A stretch of 64,000 nt of DNA from contig RSEE01000138.1 of NCBI GenBank assembly GCA_003971905.1, positions 1 to 64,000 of the forward strand, in the 5' to 3' direction. The notes beneath the pieces are model-generated. The model had not been told where the DNA came from, did no database searches, and saw only the letters and a list, made by a program, of their open reading frames with translations. Both the position numbers and the translations under genes were made by a program. Of this stretch, positions 1 through 13,050 are shown one piece after another (position 1 is the first letter of the stretch; each line of letters begins with the position of its first letter). Source of the DNA: Moniliella sp. 'wahieum' (Eukaryota).

Positions 1-15
1 TAACCCTAACCCTAA
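1..15. repeat. Telomere-type repeat (TAACCC)2.5 at window start
   Basis: TAACCCTAACCCTAA is the C-strand of the TTAGGG fungal telomere. Only 2.5 units, and it also reads in frame as Asn-Pro-Asn-Pro into the next ORF, so it is ambiguous. Confidence 0.45.
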
Positions 16-19
16 GGAA

Positions 20-3000
20 ATGGAGGAGGTGGACGAGTTGGAGCACGTCTCGGTCCCTCCTGCGCCTGGATCACCACCTCCTCGTCCTTCTCTCCTCCCT
101 CCTCCCGCTCCGGCTCCCGCTCCCCTTCCCCGCGGAGGCCAAGCGACAATGGGGCGCAAGCGCCGCTGCCGCGCTCCGCCTCTGTCGAGCCGCTCGCCGG
201 TCCAACATCAAACATCAACATCAACATCAACATCAACATCGGCATTGGCATTGGAATCAGCTTCGACATTGGAATCAGCTTCGGCATTGGCATTGGCCTT
301 GCCATCCGCATCAGCTTCCGCATCCGTATCGGTATCCCACCAGTATCGAGCCAGGAGGCAGAGCTGGACCGGCTGGTCGAGGAGGCACTGGTTTTTGCTG
401 CGCTGTCGCTGGGCAAGACGTTGGTGGACGAGATGCATGGGGTGGGCCAGGCAGCGCCACTGGAAGCGGTCGCTTGGGTTGCTATGCACCACCTCTTGCT
501 CCACTTGATCCGCGCTGGGTTCCTCCCGCCCGCTTCGGCCTTGGCCACACCACCACCACCACGGGCACAGGCACGGGCTCGAGTACAAGCTCGTCGGAGC
601 GCCACTGGTCAAGGGAACTACAAGCTGCGTACCCTGTGCTACGACTTGCGCGGTTCCGACCTCCGCTTGTGCGTCGTCGTCTGCACCAGCCACCGCAACT
701 GAGGCGCAGCTCCCCGCCGCCGCTTTGGCCGCTTGGCAAGCTCACCCGTCCACCACGTTCATTGCCCGTGCGGCGGTGCGCGAAGTTCGCTCCTCGTCAC
801 GGCCTACCCTTTGCCCCCGCTTGCGGACGTGGACGTGGACGTGGACGAGGCTGAGGCCGGGCTGGGTCGGACAGGTTCATCGGTAACACCAATGTGGAGA
901 GGGACGCCAATGTGGACATGGACGTGGACGTGGACGTGGACCTGGATGTGGATGTGGACATGGACATGAGGGAGGACCTACCTGGGGCTAGGATGGACAC
1001 GCCCGTGGTCAGCGCGATAGATGCCACTGCCACTGCCACTGGGGCTCGTCAAGCAAGCCTGCTACCCTCATCCTCCGTCCCATGCTCAATCCCAGTCCAT
1101 GCTCAATCCCAGTCCCATCCTCAATCCCAGTCCCACCCTCACTCCCAGCCCAATCTCGGTCCCAATATTTTCTTCCACTTCCACTTCTCCGCACCCACCA
1201 CCAGAAGAAGCAGCAGCAGCGGCAGCAGCCCTGCGCGCACGCTCCAGCGCACACTCAAGCCCGACCTCGCCGCCGCCCCTCGCCTCGCGTCCCCGCTTGA
1301 CCGTGGGTCCCGGGCTGCTTCGGTGCAGTCTCATGCGTCGTCGGTGGCCCAGTCCCATGCGTCGTCGTCAGCTTCGGCGTCCGTGCGCGCGCGCTCGACC
1401 ACCAAGCGCCACCCGACGGTTCCCTCTTCCTCTTCTTCTTCTTCTTCTTCCTCGTCCTCTTCTTCCTCGTCGTCCTCTTCGTCCTCGTACTCGCCTTCCC
1501 GCTCGCCCTCTACCCAGGACCACGACGGACCCAAGTCGGCCTCAACCTCGGATTCAGATTCAGACGCCAACTCGCATATGGCCCCGGATGCGGAATCGGA
1601 CTCGAACTCGGACTCGGACCCGCCCTTGGACCACCACTCCCATCCCAACTCCCACGAAGCCTCGAATCGAACTCGGACTCGCATGCAGCTTCGGATTCGG
1701 ACCACAACTTGGACCACAACTTGGATCCGCACTCAGCTTCCGATTCAGACTCGAACTCGAACTCGGACTCGGATTCGGACTCGAGCTGCCAAATCATCGT
1801 GCGCACCAAACCCCATCCGCCCCATCCACATCCCGACTCGGACACGTCCAGTTCCAGTTCCAGATCACGTTCGCGGTCGCGGTCGCGGTCGCGGTCGCGT
1901 TCTGGCTCCGCTTCCAGTAGCAGTTCGAGACGGAGTGGCAAGTCGAGGTCCAGGTCGAGTTCGAGACGTTCCCCCTCCCGGTCGGCCCACTCGCACTCCC
2001 ACGCCCACAACGCACACCGCCACACATCTTCCTCTCCTCCTCCTCCTTCCTCATTCTTCCTCATCTTCCTCTTCCTCTTCGTCGGGAGGTGGTACGACAC
2101 GCACAGGCGCTATGCCCTACGTCCGTCCAGGACTGCAACGACAGCGCAACGAAATCGCTCGTTTGCAGCACCCCGGGCTGAACCTCGCACGCGCCCTGCG
2201 CCCAGTCCTCCGCGCGACCCACCTCGCGACCAGCGCCGCGACAGCCACCCTCACCGGGAAGCCGACGCAGCTCGCGACCACAACCACGACCGTGCGACCA
2301 GAAGCAGAAGCAGAAGCAGCAGTAGTAGTAGCGTCCAGCAGGTATCGTCCCCCCGCCTCGCCCACCCCGAGTCCTGCCTTGTCATCGTCGTCATCCTCAT
2401 CCTCATCGTCGTCGTCGTCGTCGGTGCCGCAGCGGCCGAGCACGGAGGAGGAGCGGTACGAGGCGTTGGTGTCCGATGCGCTGGACCGCGTCGAGGAGAT
2501 CATCGAGGTACGTACCTTCCGCTAGAGATTGATATGGGCATGGAGTGACGGACTGACTGATGTTGTGCTTTGCTTTGGGGATTCGCTACGTGGCGGTGGT
2601 GCAGACGGAGACGAAAACGCTGACGGCGTCGTTAGCGCCGCTTCTGCCGCGCGACATGACGCTGGAGGTGTGGCCCGAGGCAGAGGTGGAGGCGCACATG
2701 CCCTCTGGGCCGGACGCGCCCTCACACGAGCGAGTGGCCAAGAGCATGCGCAGGCGTCTACGCGTCCACTACATCTGGCGCGCCGTCTGGGACGCACTCG
2801 CTGTCCTCGACGTCCTCCCGCCGCGCACGACGCTCGAGCGTATGCGCAGGGCGCTCGACCCGCCCATCTGCTGCTCGTGCGCCGTCCCCGCCGTCGCCAA
2901 CGCCAACGGAGACGGACACGCCACAGACGATACCGCGGCGCACGTGGCCCGCAGACGTGATGGCGGCGTACCCGCCCTGGAGCTGGGCAACATGCAGCCC

Positions 3001-5489
3001 GACGCGACGGCCATGCTGGCCTACCTTCGGCGGCGCCCGACCACCCGCTCGCCCTACTGCGGCTGCATCGTCGCCCTGACCCCGTCCCGAACGGCTACCT
3101 CACCGCCTGGCACCACAGCCCCGCCACTGTCGTCGCCACCATGCGCATCGCGTTGGACATTGAGAAGCTGATGCATGCGCTCCCTCGGCGTCCTTCTTCT
3201 GTGCCCGTGGCTGTGCCCACTGACGTCCCCACGGCCTCTCTCGCGCGCATGCACATGTGGAGGCAACTCGTCCGAGTGCACTTTGTACGTTTTTCTTTTT
3301 TTGTCTCTCTCTCTGGCTTGGCCACGCTGACATGTGACCCTGTCCTTCCCACCACCACCACCCCACTACACAGGACACGCTCTCCCGCCTGCTCGCCGAA
3401 GCGGCAGTGACGTACGACGTGGACGTGGTCGAGGCAAGACGGCAGCTGGCGTTGCGCATGCAAGGTCGTCTCCTCCCCCAGCCGGGCGAGATGGCGCGCG
3501 AGGCGGCTGCTTCCGCCTCTGCCTCCACCTCTACTTCCACTTCCACCGCTACTTCCACTTCCACTTCTAGCGCTGCGGGCGGCTTGGCCTCGGGCGCGTC
3601 CCGACCCCGTCGACGCGGCACCACTGGACCGCGCAGCTCGTTGAGTTTTACCCGCTCTTGCGCGACCCGGCGCTCCACCCGACCGGCTGGCTCACCCGCG
3701 CCTACCTCAACAGGCCCGACAACAACCCAAGGGCAAAGGCAAAGGCAAAGGCAAGGGTAAGGGAAAGGGCAAAGGCAAAGGCAAGGGAAAGGGGAAGGGG
3801 AAGGGAAAAGGGACCCGGCAACCTCAACGTCTTTCGCCGGACCAGGCACGCGCACTGGCTCGTCAACTCGCTCCCTTGGTCCAGATCCTCTCGGACGACG
3901 TGCGCATTTTCCGCCGCATCGCTGCCTCCCTCCCCCGCCCACCACCACCACCACCACCACCACGCTACCCTCAACGGCAACGGCAACGGCAACGGCAATG
4001 CTTCCACCACTACGACTACCACCGCTGATGCTGATGCTGGCACTGAAGCCCGCCCTGACGGCCCTCGCAAACGGCCGCGCTCTGACCCCCCCCGCCTCAC
4101 CCTCGGCTTTCGCACTCCCAGCCGCATTCCCAATCTCATTCCCAGTCACATTCCCAGTCACATTCCCAGTCGCACTCGCAATCGCACTCGCAATCGCATC
4201 TGCTCAACCTGGCCGAACCTCGCAAACGTCCCCGCATCGAGGGTGGCACTGACCACGCGCCTGTCCTCCCCCTCCACCGGCCTTTGTGCCCCCTACGGCG
4301 CCTGCTGCGCCTGCCCGCTCCGACACGGCAGCGGCGTTGGAAGTCCAGGTGCGCCGTGCGTTGGTACGTCTCTCCCCTATTCTTTTCTGGTTTCTGGTTT
4401 CTTGGTGCTTGGTGCTTGGTGCTTGGTTGGGGTTCTGTTGGTTGGGTTGGCTGACGCGCTAGATCGATTGGTCGTGCTGGGTGCAGAGGAAAACGTGTCA
4501 GGCGCTGTTACCTTTGCTGCAGACGAGCTTGGCCAACGCGAGTACGAGTACGAGCGGGAACACGCGCACGAACGCGAACGGGACCACGCGCACGAACGCA
4601 AGTGGGAACACAAGTGGGACCACGAGCGGGAACGCGCGCGCTAGGCTTCCACCAGCCTCGGCGCGCGCACTGCAAAATGCGTTGATCCAAGTCATGTGCG
4701 ACGCGTTGGTCCAGGCTCAACTCTTGCCCTCCCCAGCGAGGTGGAAGCTGTCCTGCGTCGCTCTTGGCTTGCAACACCTCCTTTGCCCGCCCCACCCGTA
4801 CCCACACCCTTAACCACCAATTACAACATCGCAGCAGCCGCTACCACCATCCCTGGTACCCTTACGACCACGGCAACGACCACGGGTAATGGTAGTGGTA
4901 GTGGGAGTGGGAGTGGGAGTGGCACCACCGAGTTTCCTTGGCCCATGCCATTGGTATGGGAGTTCCCGCTGCTACGCTTAACCCTCTTCCTGCCCACGCG
5001 GCGGTACATGGCCGTGTACGCGCACACGGGCCGTATGGCCATGGCCGCGACGACTCTCTCCACCACGAATGGCTCCACCACGACAACAGGGTCCACCACG
5101 ACGGCAGGTGCGGGAGTGGGTACGGGGTTGGGAGGCCGTCGAGCGGTACCAGCTGGGCTGGTGAAGCGGTGGGCGCAGTCGTCTGCGACGCAAGAGCACC
5201 TACATGAGTTGGTGGTGATGTTGCAGGAAGAACTGCGGTCGCCGCGCCGGCTCGTCGGGCTCGCCCCGCTCGCTGCTTTCCCCCCCGCCCGGGCGTGGGT
5301 CAATGAGGCCAGCACGCTTTTGGTACGTTTTTTTTTCTTCTGTTGGTTTGGGTGTTGGGTCGCGGATACAGACAATGACAAAGACAAAGGGCAAAGAGTA
5401 AAGCTAACACTTCTTCTTCTTTTCTTCTTTCTTCTTTTCTTCTCTTATTCTTTTCTTCTTCTTCTTCTTCTTCTTCTTTTCTTCTTATT

Positions 5490-5520
<31 letters not shown>

Positions 5521-6140
5521 TTCTTCTTCTTCTTCTTCCCCCCTCAGGCGGAGCTAGAACGAGCAGTGGAGACGGCGCTGACCGCGGCGCTCAACGCTGT
5601 GCCGGAGAGCCAACGACCTTCGCGCCCTGGGAACCCGAATCTGCTACTCCAATTCCACACAACACTCTTGGCGCGTGCGCAGCTGCTTCCGCCCGCCGAC
5701 GTACTCCGCGCCGATATGGGCGAAGTGAATGCTCAGTCGGTCTCGGGACCGTGGGAAGTACGTACTTGGTCCGATCATGTCGTCGGTAGTTTCCCCCTTC
5801 TGCGCGCGTCTCAGTTGCAGCCCCAGAGTCGCTGGGTGCGCGTGTATGTCCGTGCGGCGATGCGCAGGTTACGCCTCCCCCGCCTTTGCTCGTGCAGCAC
5901 ATGTTCAGGGAACAGAGCCGCTACCAGGCCGCCTTGCTTGCCGTCCAGGAACATGTGTTGATGTGGTCTAGGTTGGCGTTGGCATCGGCGTCGGCGTCAA
6001 GATGTGAGTCAAGGGTAAGCGGGGGGAGCGAAGTGGGGAGGGGGATTGGCTTGCTTGCTTGCTTGCCCTCCTCGTCGCCCATCGACTCCCCCTCGTCCCA
6101 ACGATCAAGTACTTGTCCCTCCCCATCCTTGTGCCAGTGA
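20..6140 (+). CDS. Large multi-exon hypothetical protein with ~5 tandem copies of an unrecognised domain and Ser/Asp/Arg-rich linkers (frameshifted; may be 5'-truncated)
   Basis: GTACGT donors at 2508, 3285, 4364 and 5323, with CTGAC/CTAAC branch points. Recurring peptide motifs EL.RLV..A, LLP(P) and FPLLR...P...Y occur across + frames. Confidence 0.6.
5410..5538 (+). repeat. (TTC)n-type intronic microsatellite
   Basis: Imperfect TTC run between branch point GCTAAC (5403) and acceptor AG (5546-5547). Confidence 0.9.
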
Positions 6141-6201
6141 CCACCCAACCCAAACACCCAACCACCCAGCCAACCAAGCAACCCAAAAGTCCCATCCACC
6201 A

Positions 6202-6245
6202 TCCCATCCCATCCCATCCCATCCCATCCCATCCCATCCCATCCC
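6202..6245 (+). repeat. (CATCC)n microsatellite
   Basis: Direct pentamer repeats. Confidence 0.9.
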
Positions 6246-7750
6246 AGTCCTTGCAGTGAAACACAATGACCCTGCCCCCCCGCATGACCAAATGGACAAA
6301 AAGGGCAAAATAGCCATGACCATGACCATTGTTGGGACACTATTAGTGCATCCCATCCCCCTGGCTCCGCGCGTGGATGGATGGTATGGATGGGGTGTTG
6401 GAACGAAACCATCACGGTTACAGTTACCGTCCCTAGGTCCCTGGAGCCCTCTGGCACTGCCCCCCTCACGAGCCTTGCTATTACCTAGGCGTTCCTCCTT
6501 CCACCGTCCTGCTGACGCCTAGCTGGTTAGGCAGATCAAATGGCACATCTCATCCCATCTCATCTCATCTTCATCTCATCTTTACATCTCATCTTGCATT
6601 GCAGAGATGTTGTCCGTACTTGGCGATACATAAGAGAGAGGTGCAGGGGGGGATGAGGAGAGGAACTGAAATGGGATAGGGTCGGATGGGAGGGAACCAG
6701 CGGTGTGTCGCCCTTATAATACTTTCTCTCTGTTACGTTTATACGTCCCATATGATGTCCCATGCAGAGGTCCCACTATCCATTACGTATAGTCACTAGT
6801 CACTCTAATCACGAACGAAGTGCGTAGTTCGCTAGCTGGATCGGAGCGCTAGTCCCTAATCCCCTCATCGACCTCATCGAACATCCCTAAGGCCTAAGGC
6901 TTAACAATCCCTACTCACTGCCACGCGCGACTTGAAGTAGGGAGCAAAGAGCCACGCGGACCGTCCTCCTGGCCGTTCCCAGCGCCATACGCGTGTGCAG
7001 GACCCGAGGCGCCAGGGCAGCCGGGCCACAAGCCCTTGAAGCTTCAGAGCTTCAGGAACCCCCTAGTAAAACCCGCAAAGCATATATCTCGTCCCTGGTG
7101 CCTAGCCACAAGTCATTAGGTTCATGCATCATGCATCATGGGTTTATTTGGTACGTACGTCAGTCTCGTACTTGCGCCCCGCTCCGCCCTGCGCCCCCGG
7201 CCCATGCCAAACACCAGTAGTAGTATACCATCAACTGGGCCAGCAGCGTCGCCTAATAGTTAGCTATCCAGTGGAGTGTGTTCCCCCAGTCACAGTCCGC
7301 TAATAGGTAGATCTTGGCCAGCTGTAGCTGCACCCGCTTCAATGCCTCAGCTCTTGGTAGCGCACACAGCGTGGAGAGTAAAGGTAAACGGTAAGCGGTT
7401 AACAAACGGCAAATGGTGAAGGGAGAACGGTGAGGCTGTCCCACCGTGCAATCTCGGTCGTGTCGTCGGACTACTGAGCGGGGGGATTGGATTGGGATAG
7501 CTATGGGGATTGGGATTGAGTTTTGATGTGCCAGGGTGCCCCTCCGCCTGGCCAGGAGAGGGGGATTGGTATACGAAGATACGAGGGGATCATCCATCAT
7601 CCATCGCATCGATCAGGCACCAGACTAACTGGATCCGACTTACCGGCTACCTCTTCTTCGCTTTTCGCTTTACAGAATACGGGGTACAGGAGGGTACGGG
7701 GTACACCGCAAGATTTTCTCGCCTGCGCTCCGCGCGCTAACTCTCTCGTT

Positions 7751-7825
7751 CGACGCTCGACGCCGACGCTCGACGCTCGATGCTCGACGCTCGACGCTCG
7801 ATGCTCGATGCTCGATGCTCGACGC
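7751..7825 (+). repeat. (GCTCGAY)n 7-mer tandem repeat
   Basis: About 10 imperfect GCTCGAC/GCTCGAT units. Confidence 0.85.
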
Positions 7826-9980
7826 GGTTCTCCGATTCGGTCCTGCCGGGGACAAGGACGAGGCCGCACTGCCTCGCACGGGTACGGCGCCTAGGGGCTC
7901 CCTCAGCTGCGGGACCTACATCCCACGTGGCATACTGGCATGCTCGTCGTCGAATGTATAGAGGAGGGTAGGGTACATGCCTACGAAATGACCAATGAAT
8001 TAATGATTAATGACCTCGATGACCTCGATATGACCAACCAAGGGGACTGGGCAGCGGGAAGCCAGGATCGATCGCGGAGGACACTTTTCGCATTCGGAGC
8101 GCTCAGGCTGAGGCTGAGCACCGCCCCGAGCTAGCGGTTGGTAACTACGGTGGTTATCATGTGGAGGGTCCATGGAGTATAACTAGTAACCGGGAACCGT
8201 TTTTCCCCGAACGGATCCAATACTGTGATGGATGAGTGTGCTGGGAGCCACAGCACAAGCGGGGGCGGGATGGGACGGTGAGCGGTGAACACGCAAGGTG
8301 GGTGAGAAGGGAGGGAGGGAAGAAGGGCTGGGTGGGTGGGTGGTTGTTTTTCTTACTGTGCTTTTTGTTGGTGGTGGTGGTGATTACTGAGTACTGTGAT
8401 TAAAGATTAAGTGTTGGGTGACGCGTGACGGGTGACTGCCCCACACCGCAACGACCAAGAAAAAAAAGCTCATGTGACGTAGGCGAGTCTTAGTGCCGAT
8501 ACCGCCGACGGACAGACGCAGCCGGCCTGCTGGATTAATGATTGCGTCACAGGGTGCGGTGCGCTGCGTGAGGATGGGTGGTATTTGGGAGGATCGGGGC
8601 AGAGTGGGATGTGTTAACACGTTAACCCCGCCAGCGCCGCCAAGAAGACCGACGCGGGGGGGGCATGGCATAAGTATTGCGCTCCAGTGCTGGGCAGGTC
8701 TGTGCGCAGCAGGTGCTCGTCCGCGGCGCGAGAGAGAGGTCGCGCATCCGTAGGAGAGCAGCCACTAGCCATGGCCAGCTGACGTTGTTGACAGCTCAGG
8801 CTGAGCGCTGCCATGCCGCCCATCGGACACCGGAAGAAGCAAAGCTGCGAGCAACGCTTGCGCTTATCGCCGCCAAGAACCCAGCCCTGCCCAGCCCTCT
8901 CGCGCACCAAACCCAACCTGCTTACCCACGCGCGGGGTTGTGGGGACGCAGCAGCCCTCGCGCCGACTCACTCCTCCACCTGGCTGCTCTGCGGCCTTGG
9001 TCCTCCGCACACGTCCTCGTACGCAGGACTCAGTTGACTATTGAGTACTCACTCGATGGCCCCTACCCTCCCCGCCCAATCGTCTCTGATACTAGTTCCT
9101 CGCCACGGGGGCACACCCCACAACCAAGCAGTCGCGTATATTCCCGCCGTCCACGGGGCGCAGCAGCACGCCGTGGGAACGAGCAGGTGTCAAGCGTTAA
9201 CTGTCAAGCGTCAAGCGTCACACGTCAATACCCAATACCCTATCCTATCCTATCCGCCCCATCGCCCGGTACTCGATATACGCACACACGCCGCGAGACA
9301 CGCTCCTGCCACGCACCTGCCACACACCTGCCACATGCCCCCGCGAGACGGAGGCCGCAGGCGGGGTTAAGGCGGCGGGGTTGGGCCGGCGTATACGATC
9401 CAAGACGCGCGCGTGGGGCGCGGCAGGTGGCAACAACCGGTGCGGCGAGGATGGCATCGTGTCATCGCGTCATCCATCGTCGCGTGTACATGCATAGCTG
9501 CGGGGTCGGGGGGAGTACGTAGGCAGCAGCACCCATCGGAGCTGTGGCGTACCTGCCGCACGGCCTGGTTCCTCGCGTGCCTGTCTGTACCTAGTAGCAC
9601 CCCGCAAGGGCGGAGAAGCGAAGCGTAAGGCTCCGCCGCAGCCGTCTTGGCGCGCAGGGTGCAGGTTGGGTGGGCACACCTCGTACCTATACCTCTAGTA
9701 GAACGCATATACTGCGTCCTGAGTAGTACTGACTCGCCCCCTTCTCCCCCCAGCACGACAGCCAGCGCGATCGCTCCGGCGCCTCAGAGCTTACTCTCAC
9801 CCTCACCCTGGGTTAGTGCCTCGCACCGCCCCTGGCCGCCCCCTCTCACCCATCCGCCTCGCCACCCCCGCTTTTATCTCCCCCCCCACCTCCACTACCA
9901 ACACCAACACCACCACCAACTACTACTACTACTACCACCACCACCCGTGCACTCTCTGTCCTGCCACCATCTCTCCCAGC

Positions 9981-12051
9981 ATGAAAGTCGACAAGCTGGC
10001 GCACCCTACGCGCCTGTTCTCGAAGGAAGACAGCGGTTCCTCGTCGCAGCTCGACGATGAGCTCGAGCGCGACCCGACCTTTGTCCCGCCCACCTACTTG
10101 GGCTTATCGGGCCACCGTCTGTCAGCCACCATTGGTCTCGCTGCCGGCGCGGGGTTCTTGATGTTTGGCTACGACCAAGGTGTCATGGGATCCTTGTTTA
10201 CCCTCGCCTCCTTTCGCCACCGGTTCAACTCGATCAACAGACGGATCATACCGAGTTGCACTATGCTGTCATGCAGGGCTGTACGTTGCGTTTTCCCGGG
10301 TGCCTGGGTGGGTTGGATTGTGTGCGGCAGATGGAGGTTGCGATTCGTTCTTGGCTAATGGTGGCAAACCCTGGTGGGTGGGTTGGTTGGTTGGGCACAG
10401 TAACCACGGGTCTGTACGAAATTGGATGCATGGTGGGTGCACTGAGCTGTCTGGTGATTGGAGACCGGATTGGGCGGCGCAAGGTGATTACCTGGGCGTG
10501 GCAATTATGATTATTGGAGCGATTTTGCAGTGCACGTCGTTCAAACTGAGCCAATTGATTGTTGCGCGCGTCATTACGGGCATTGGAAATGGCATGAAGA
10601 CAGCTACCATCCCCATGTACCAGTCCGAATGCTCCCCCTCGCATTTGCGCGGCCAGCTGATCATGATTGAAGGCGCACTCATTACTGGCGGTATCATGTT
10701 GAGTAGGTCACTCACCCCCCCCCCCCTCTGTGTGTGTGTGGTTTGAACCGTCGTTTTCTGACCCGACCCTTATTGTGTGTCTGTCTTTTTGTATCTTTCT
10801 CTCGTCTGCTATATTAATTGGACGCGCGCAGGTTACTGGATCGACTTGCCTTCTACTGGATTGAACGCAAACACCCAAACAGTCCGCACGCTGATGCGGC
10901 CTGGCGTGTCCCGCTCGCCTTACAAATCGTACTTGCCTTGCCTACGCTCTTGCTGACCATGTCGCTGTGCGAGAGCCCGCGCTTCCTCATGCTCAAGAAC
11001 CAGGAAGAAGAAGCCCGTCGCGTCCTGTCGTCGCTCTACGAAGAACCCCCGGACCACCCGGAAATTTCCGTTGCGATTGAAGAAATGCGCGAATCGGTCG
11101 GCGCGGCCAAATCTCTCACTTGGCGCGAACTCTACTCGAATGGTCCGACGCGGAACTTGCACCGCGTCGCACTGGGCTTTATTAGCCAGTGCTTTCAACA
11201 GGTACGTTTCGTTTTCCCATGGTGCTCCCGTGTCGCGTTTTTGCGTGGCAAAAAAGACGCTGAGACGCTGACTCGACCTCGGTTCCTTTGCTTGCTCTCT
11301 TCCACTCATGTTTGATCCCCCCTGTTTCATGTTGGCTTGTTTCTGTGGGGTAGATTTCCGGGATCAACCTCATCACGTACTATGCCGGGACGATTTTCCA
11401 GAACAACCTTGGCTTTGGACCATTGATGAGCCGCGTGCTAGCTGCCGCCAATGGCACGGAATACTTTGCCGCGTCGTGGATTGCGTATTACTCGTGGAGC
11501 ACGTGGGTCGACGTCCACTGATGCTCTTTGGCGCAGCAGGACAGTGCTTGACCATGATGGTGCTCGCCGTGACCAATGCACCGAGCGTCACCACCGCGCT
11601 ACAAGCCCTCGAAGCACGCTGTGGGTGGAACCAATACTGCCGCTGCGGTCATTTCGGTGATATGCCTCTTTTTGTTTAATACCTTTTTTGCGATTGGGTG
11701 GCTCGGCATGACCTGGTGACCCCGGCGGAAATGACCCCTTGGTCGTTCGCGCCGCTGCCAATGGGTACGTCTTGTTTTCGATTCCTTGCTTCTTTTCTGG
11801 TGGGGTTGGGTCTCCCGTCGTGTGGTTCCGCGTTGGGCGTGGTGCCGCGACGGAACGGGACGAGATGGTGTTTATCTTGTGTTTTCTTTGGTCTTGTGTT
11901 GTGTTGTTGTGTGTTGGGTTGTGCTGACGGCCAACCGGCGACGGACTAATGACGCACTTTATTGGCGCGGTGTGTTGGCGGGGTACTCTCATTCTACAGA
12001 ATCTCTACCGCCTCGAATTGGATTTGGAATTTCTTAGGTACGTTCCTATTG

Positions 12052-12096
<45 letters not shown>

Positions 12097-13050
12097 CTAC
12101 GTGCGGCAGGCCCAGCCAGGCGCCGGCGTGTCGCTCCGTGCTCCGTGGCGAGGGCGAGGGTGAGGGCGATGGCCATGGTTTGCAGGACCGCGTGACTGAC
12201 TCTTTGTGGTTGTGGTTGTGGTTGTGGTTGTGGTTGTGGTTGTGGTTGTGGTGTGGTTGTGGTTTGTGGTGTGGTTGTGGTGTGCTTCTGTTGGACTGGG
12301 ACGAAACGCTCGTTTGGGACGGACAGTGGTGATGGTACGTATGCCCATTTCGTTGTGTCTCTGTTGTGGTGGTGGTGGGGTACCACGTCGTACCATAGGG
12401 GGGAATACTGACCTTATTGGGCGGTTGGCTTGGCGTAGGTGTCACCAATTAGTTTTGTGCAAATCAAGTACAATGTACGTCCCGCTCCTTTGGTCGTCTG
12501 GTGCATGATGTCGCGTCTGATGTCGGCCTCGTGTGCGCGTCTGTCGCACGAGACCCACCAGCCGAGAAGAATTAGATGGGGTTGGTGAACTAACTCGGCT
12601 GTGCTTTTGCTCTGGCTTCAATGCGCGGTTGCGTTGCGTGCGTTGCTTGGGTTGCTTTGTGGCCGACAGACGTACACGGTCTTCTCGGTGCTCAACTTGT
12701 TTATCCTTGTGTGCACGTACTTTATCTTCCCGAAACCATGGGCCGGAGCCTGGAAGAGATGGACGCGATCTTTGCCCAATCTTCCCGTACCAACCCTTAC
12801 GATGTGGTGCGCATTGAACGTCGCACACCACGCAAGTACGACCGCCACGGTCACCCGATCGAACTGCACCACCACCACATACCTCTCATGGTCACTTGGG
12901 CGACGACCAGCCCATCGAGGTAGACGCAGCTCACGACCCGCACGCCTTGCCCCCGGCGCACGCATTGTCCCGCCGACGAACAGGACGTCGAGCAGATCGG
13001 CGGATACGTCCCCATGGAGGCCAAGAAGCGCGAGTCGGAGAGAGGCTTGA
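9981..13050 (+). CDS. STL1: MFS sugar porter, STL1-like (glycerol/H+ symporter type), multi-exon; 3' end approximate
   Basis: Motifs YLGLSG..L, FLMFGYDQGVMGSL, GDRIGRRK, ARVITGIGNG, YQSECSP..RG, WRVPLALQ, ESPRFL, QCFQQ-ISGINLITYYAG, SNWIWNFLVVM and PETMGRSLEEMD. Confidence 0.85.
12055..12092 (+). repeat. (CT)n intronic microsatellite
   Basis: Perfect dinucleotide run. Confidence 0.95.
12204..12283 (+). repeat. (TTGTGG)n intronic microsatellite
   Basis: Hexamer run between the putative branch point and the acceptor. Confidence 0.9.
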
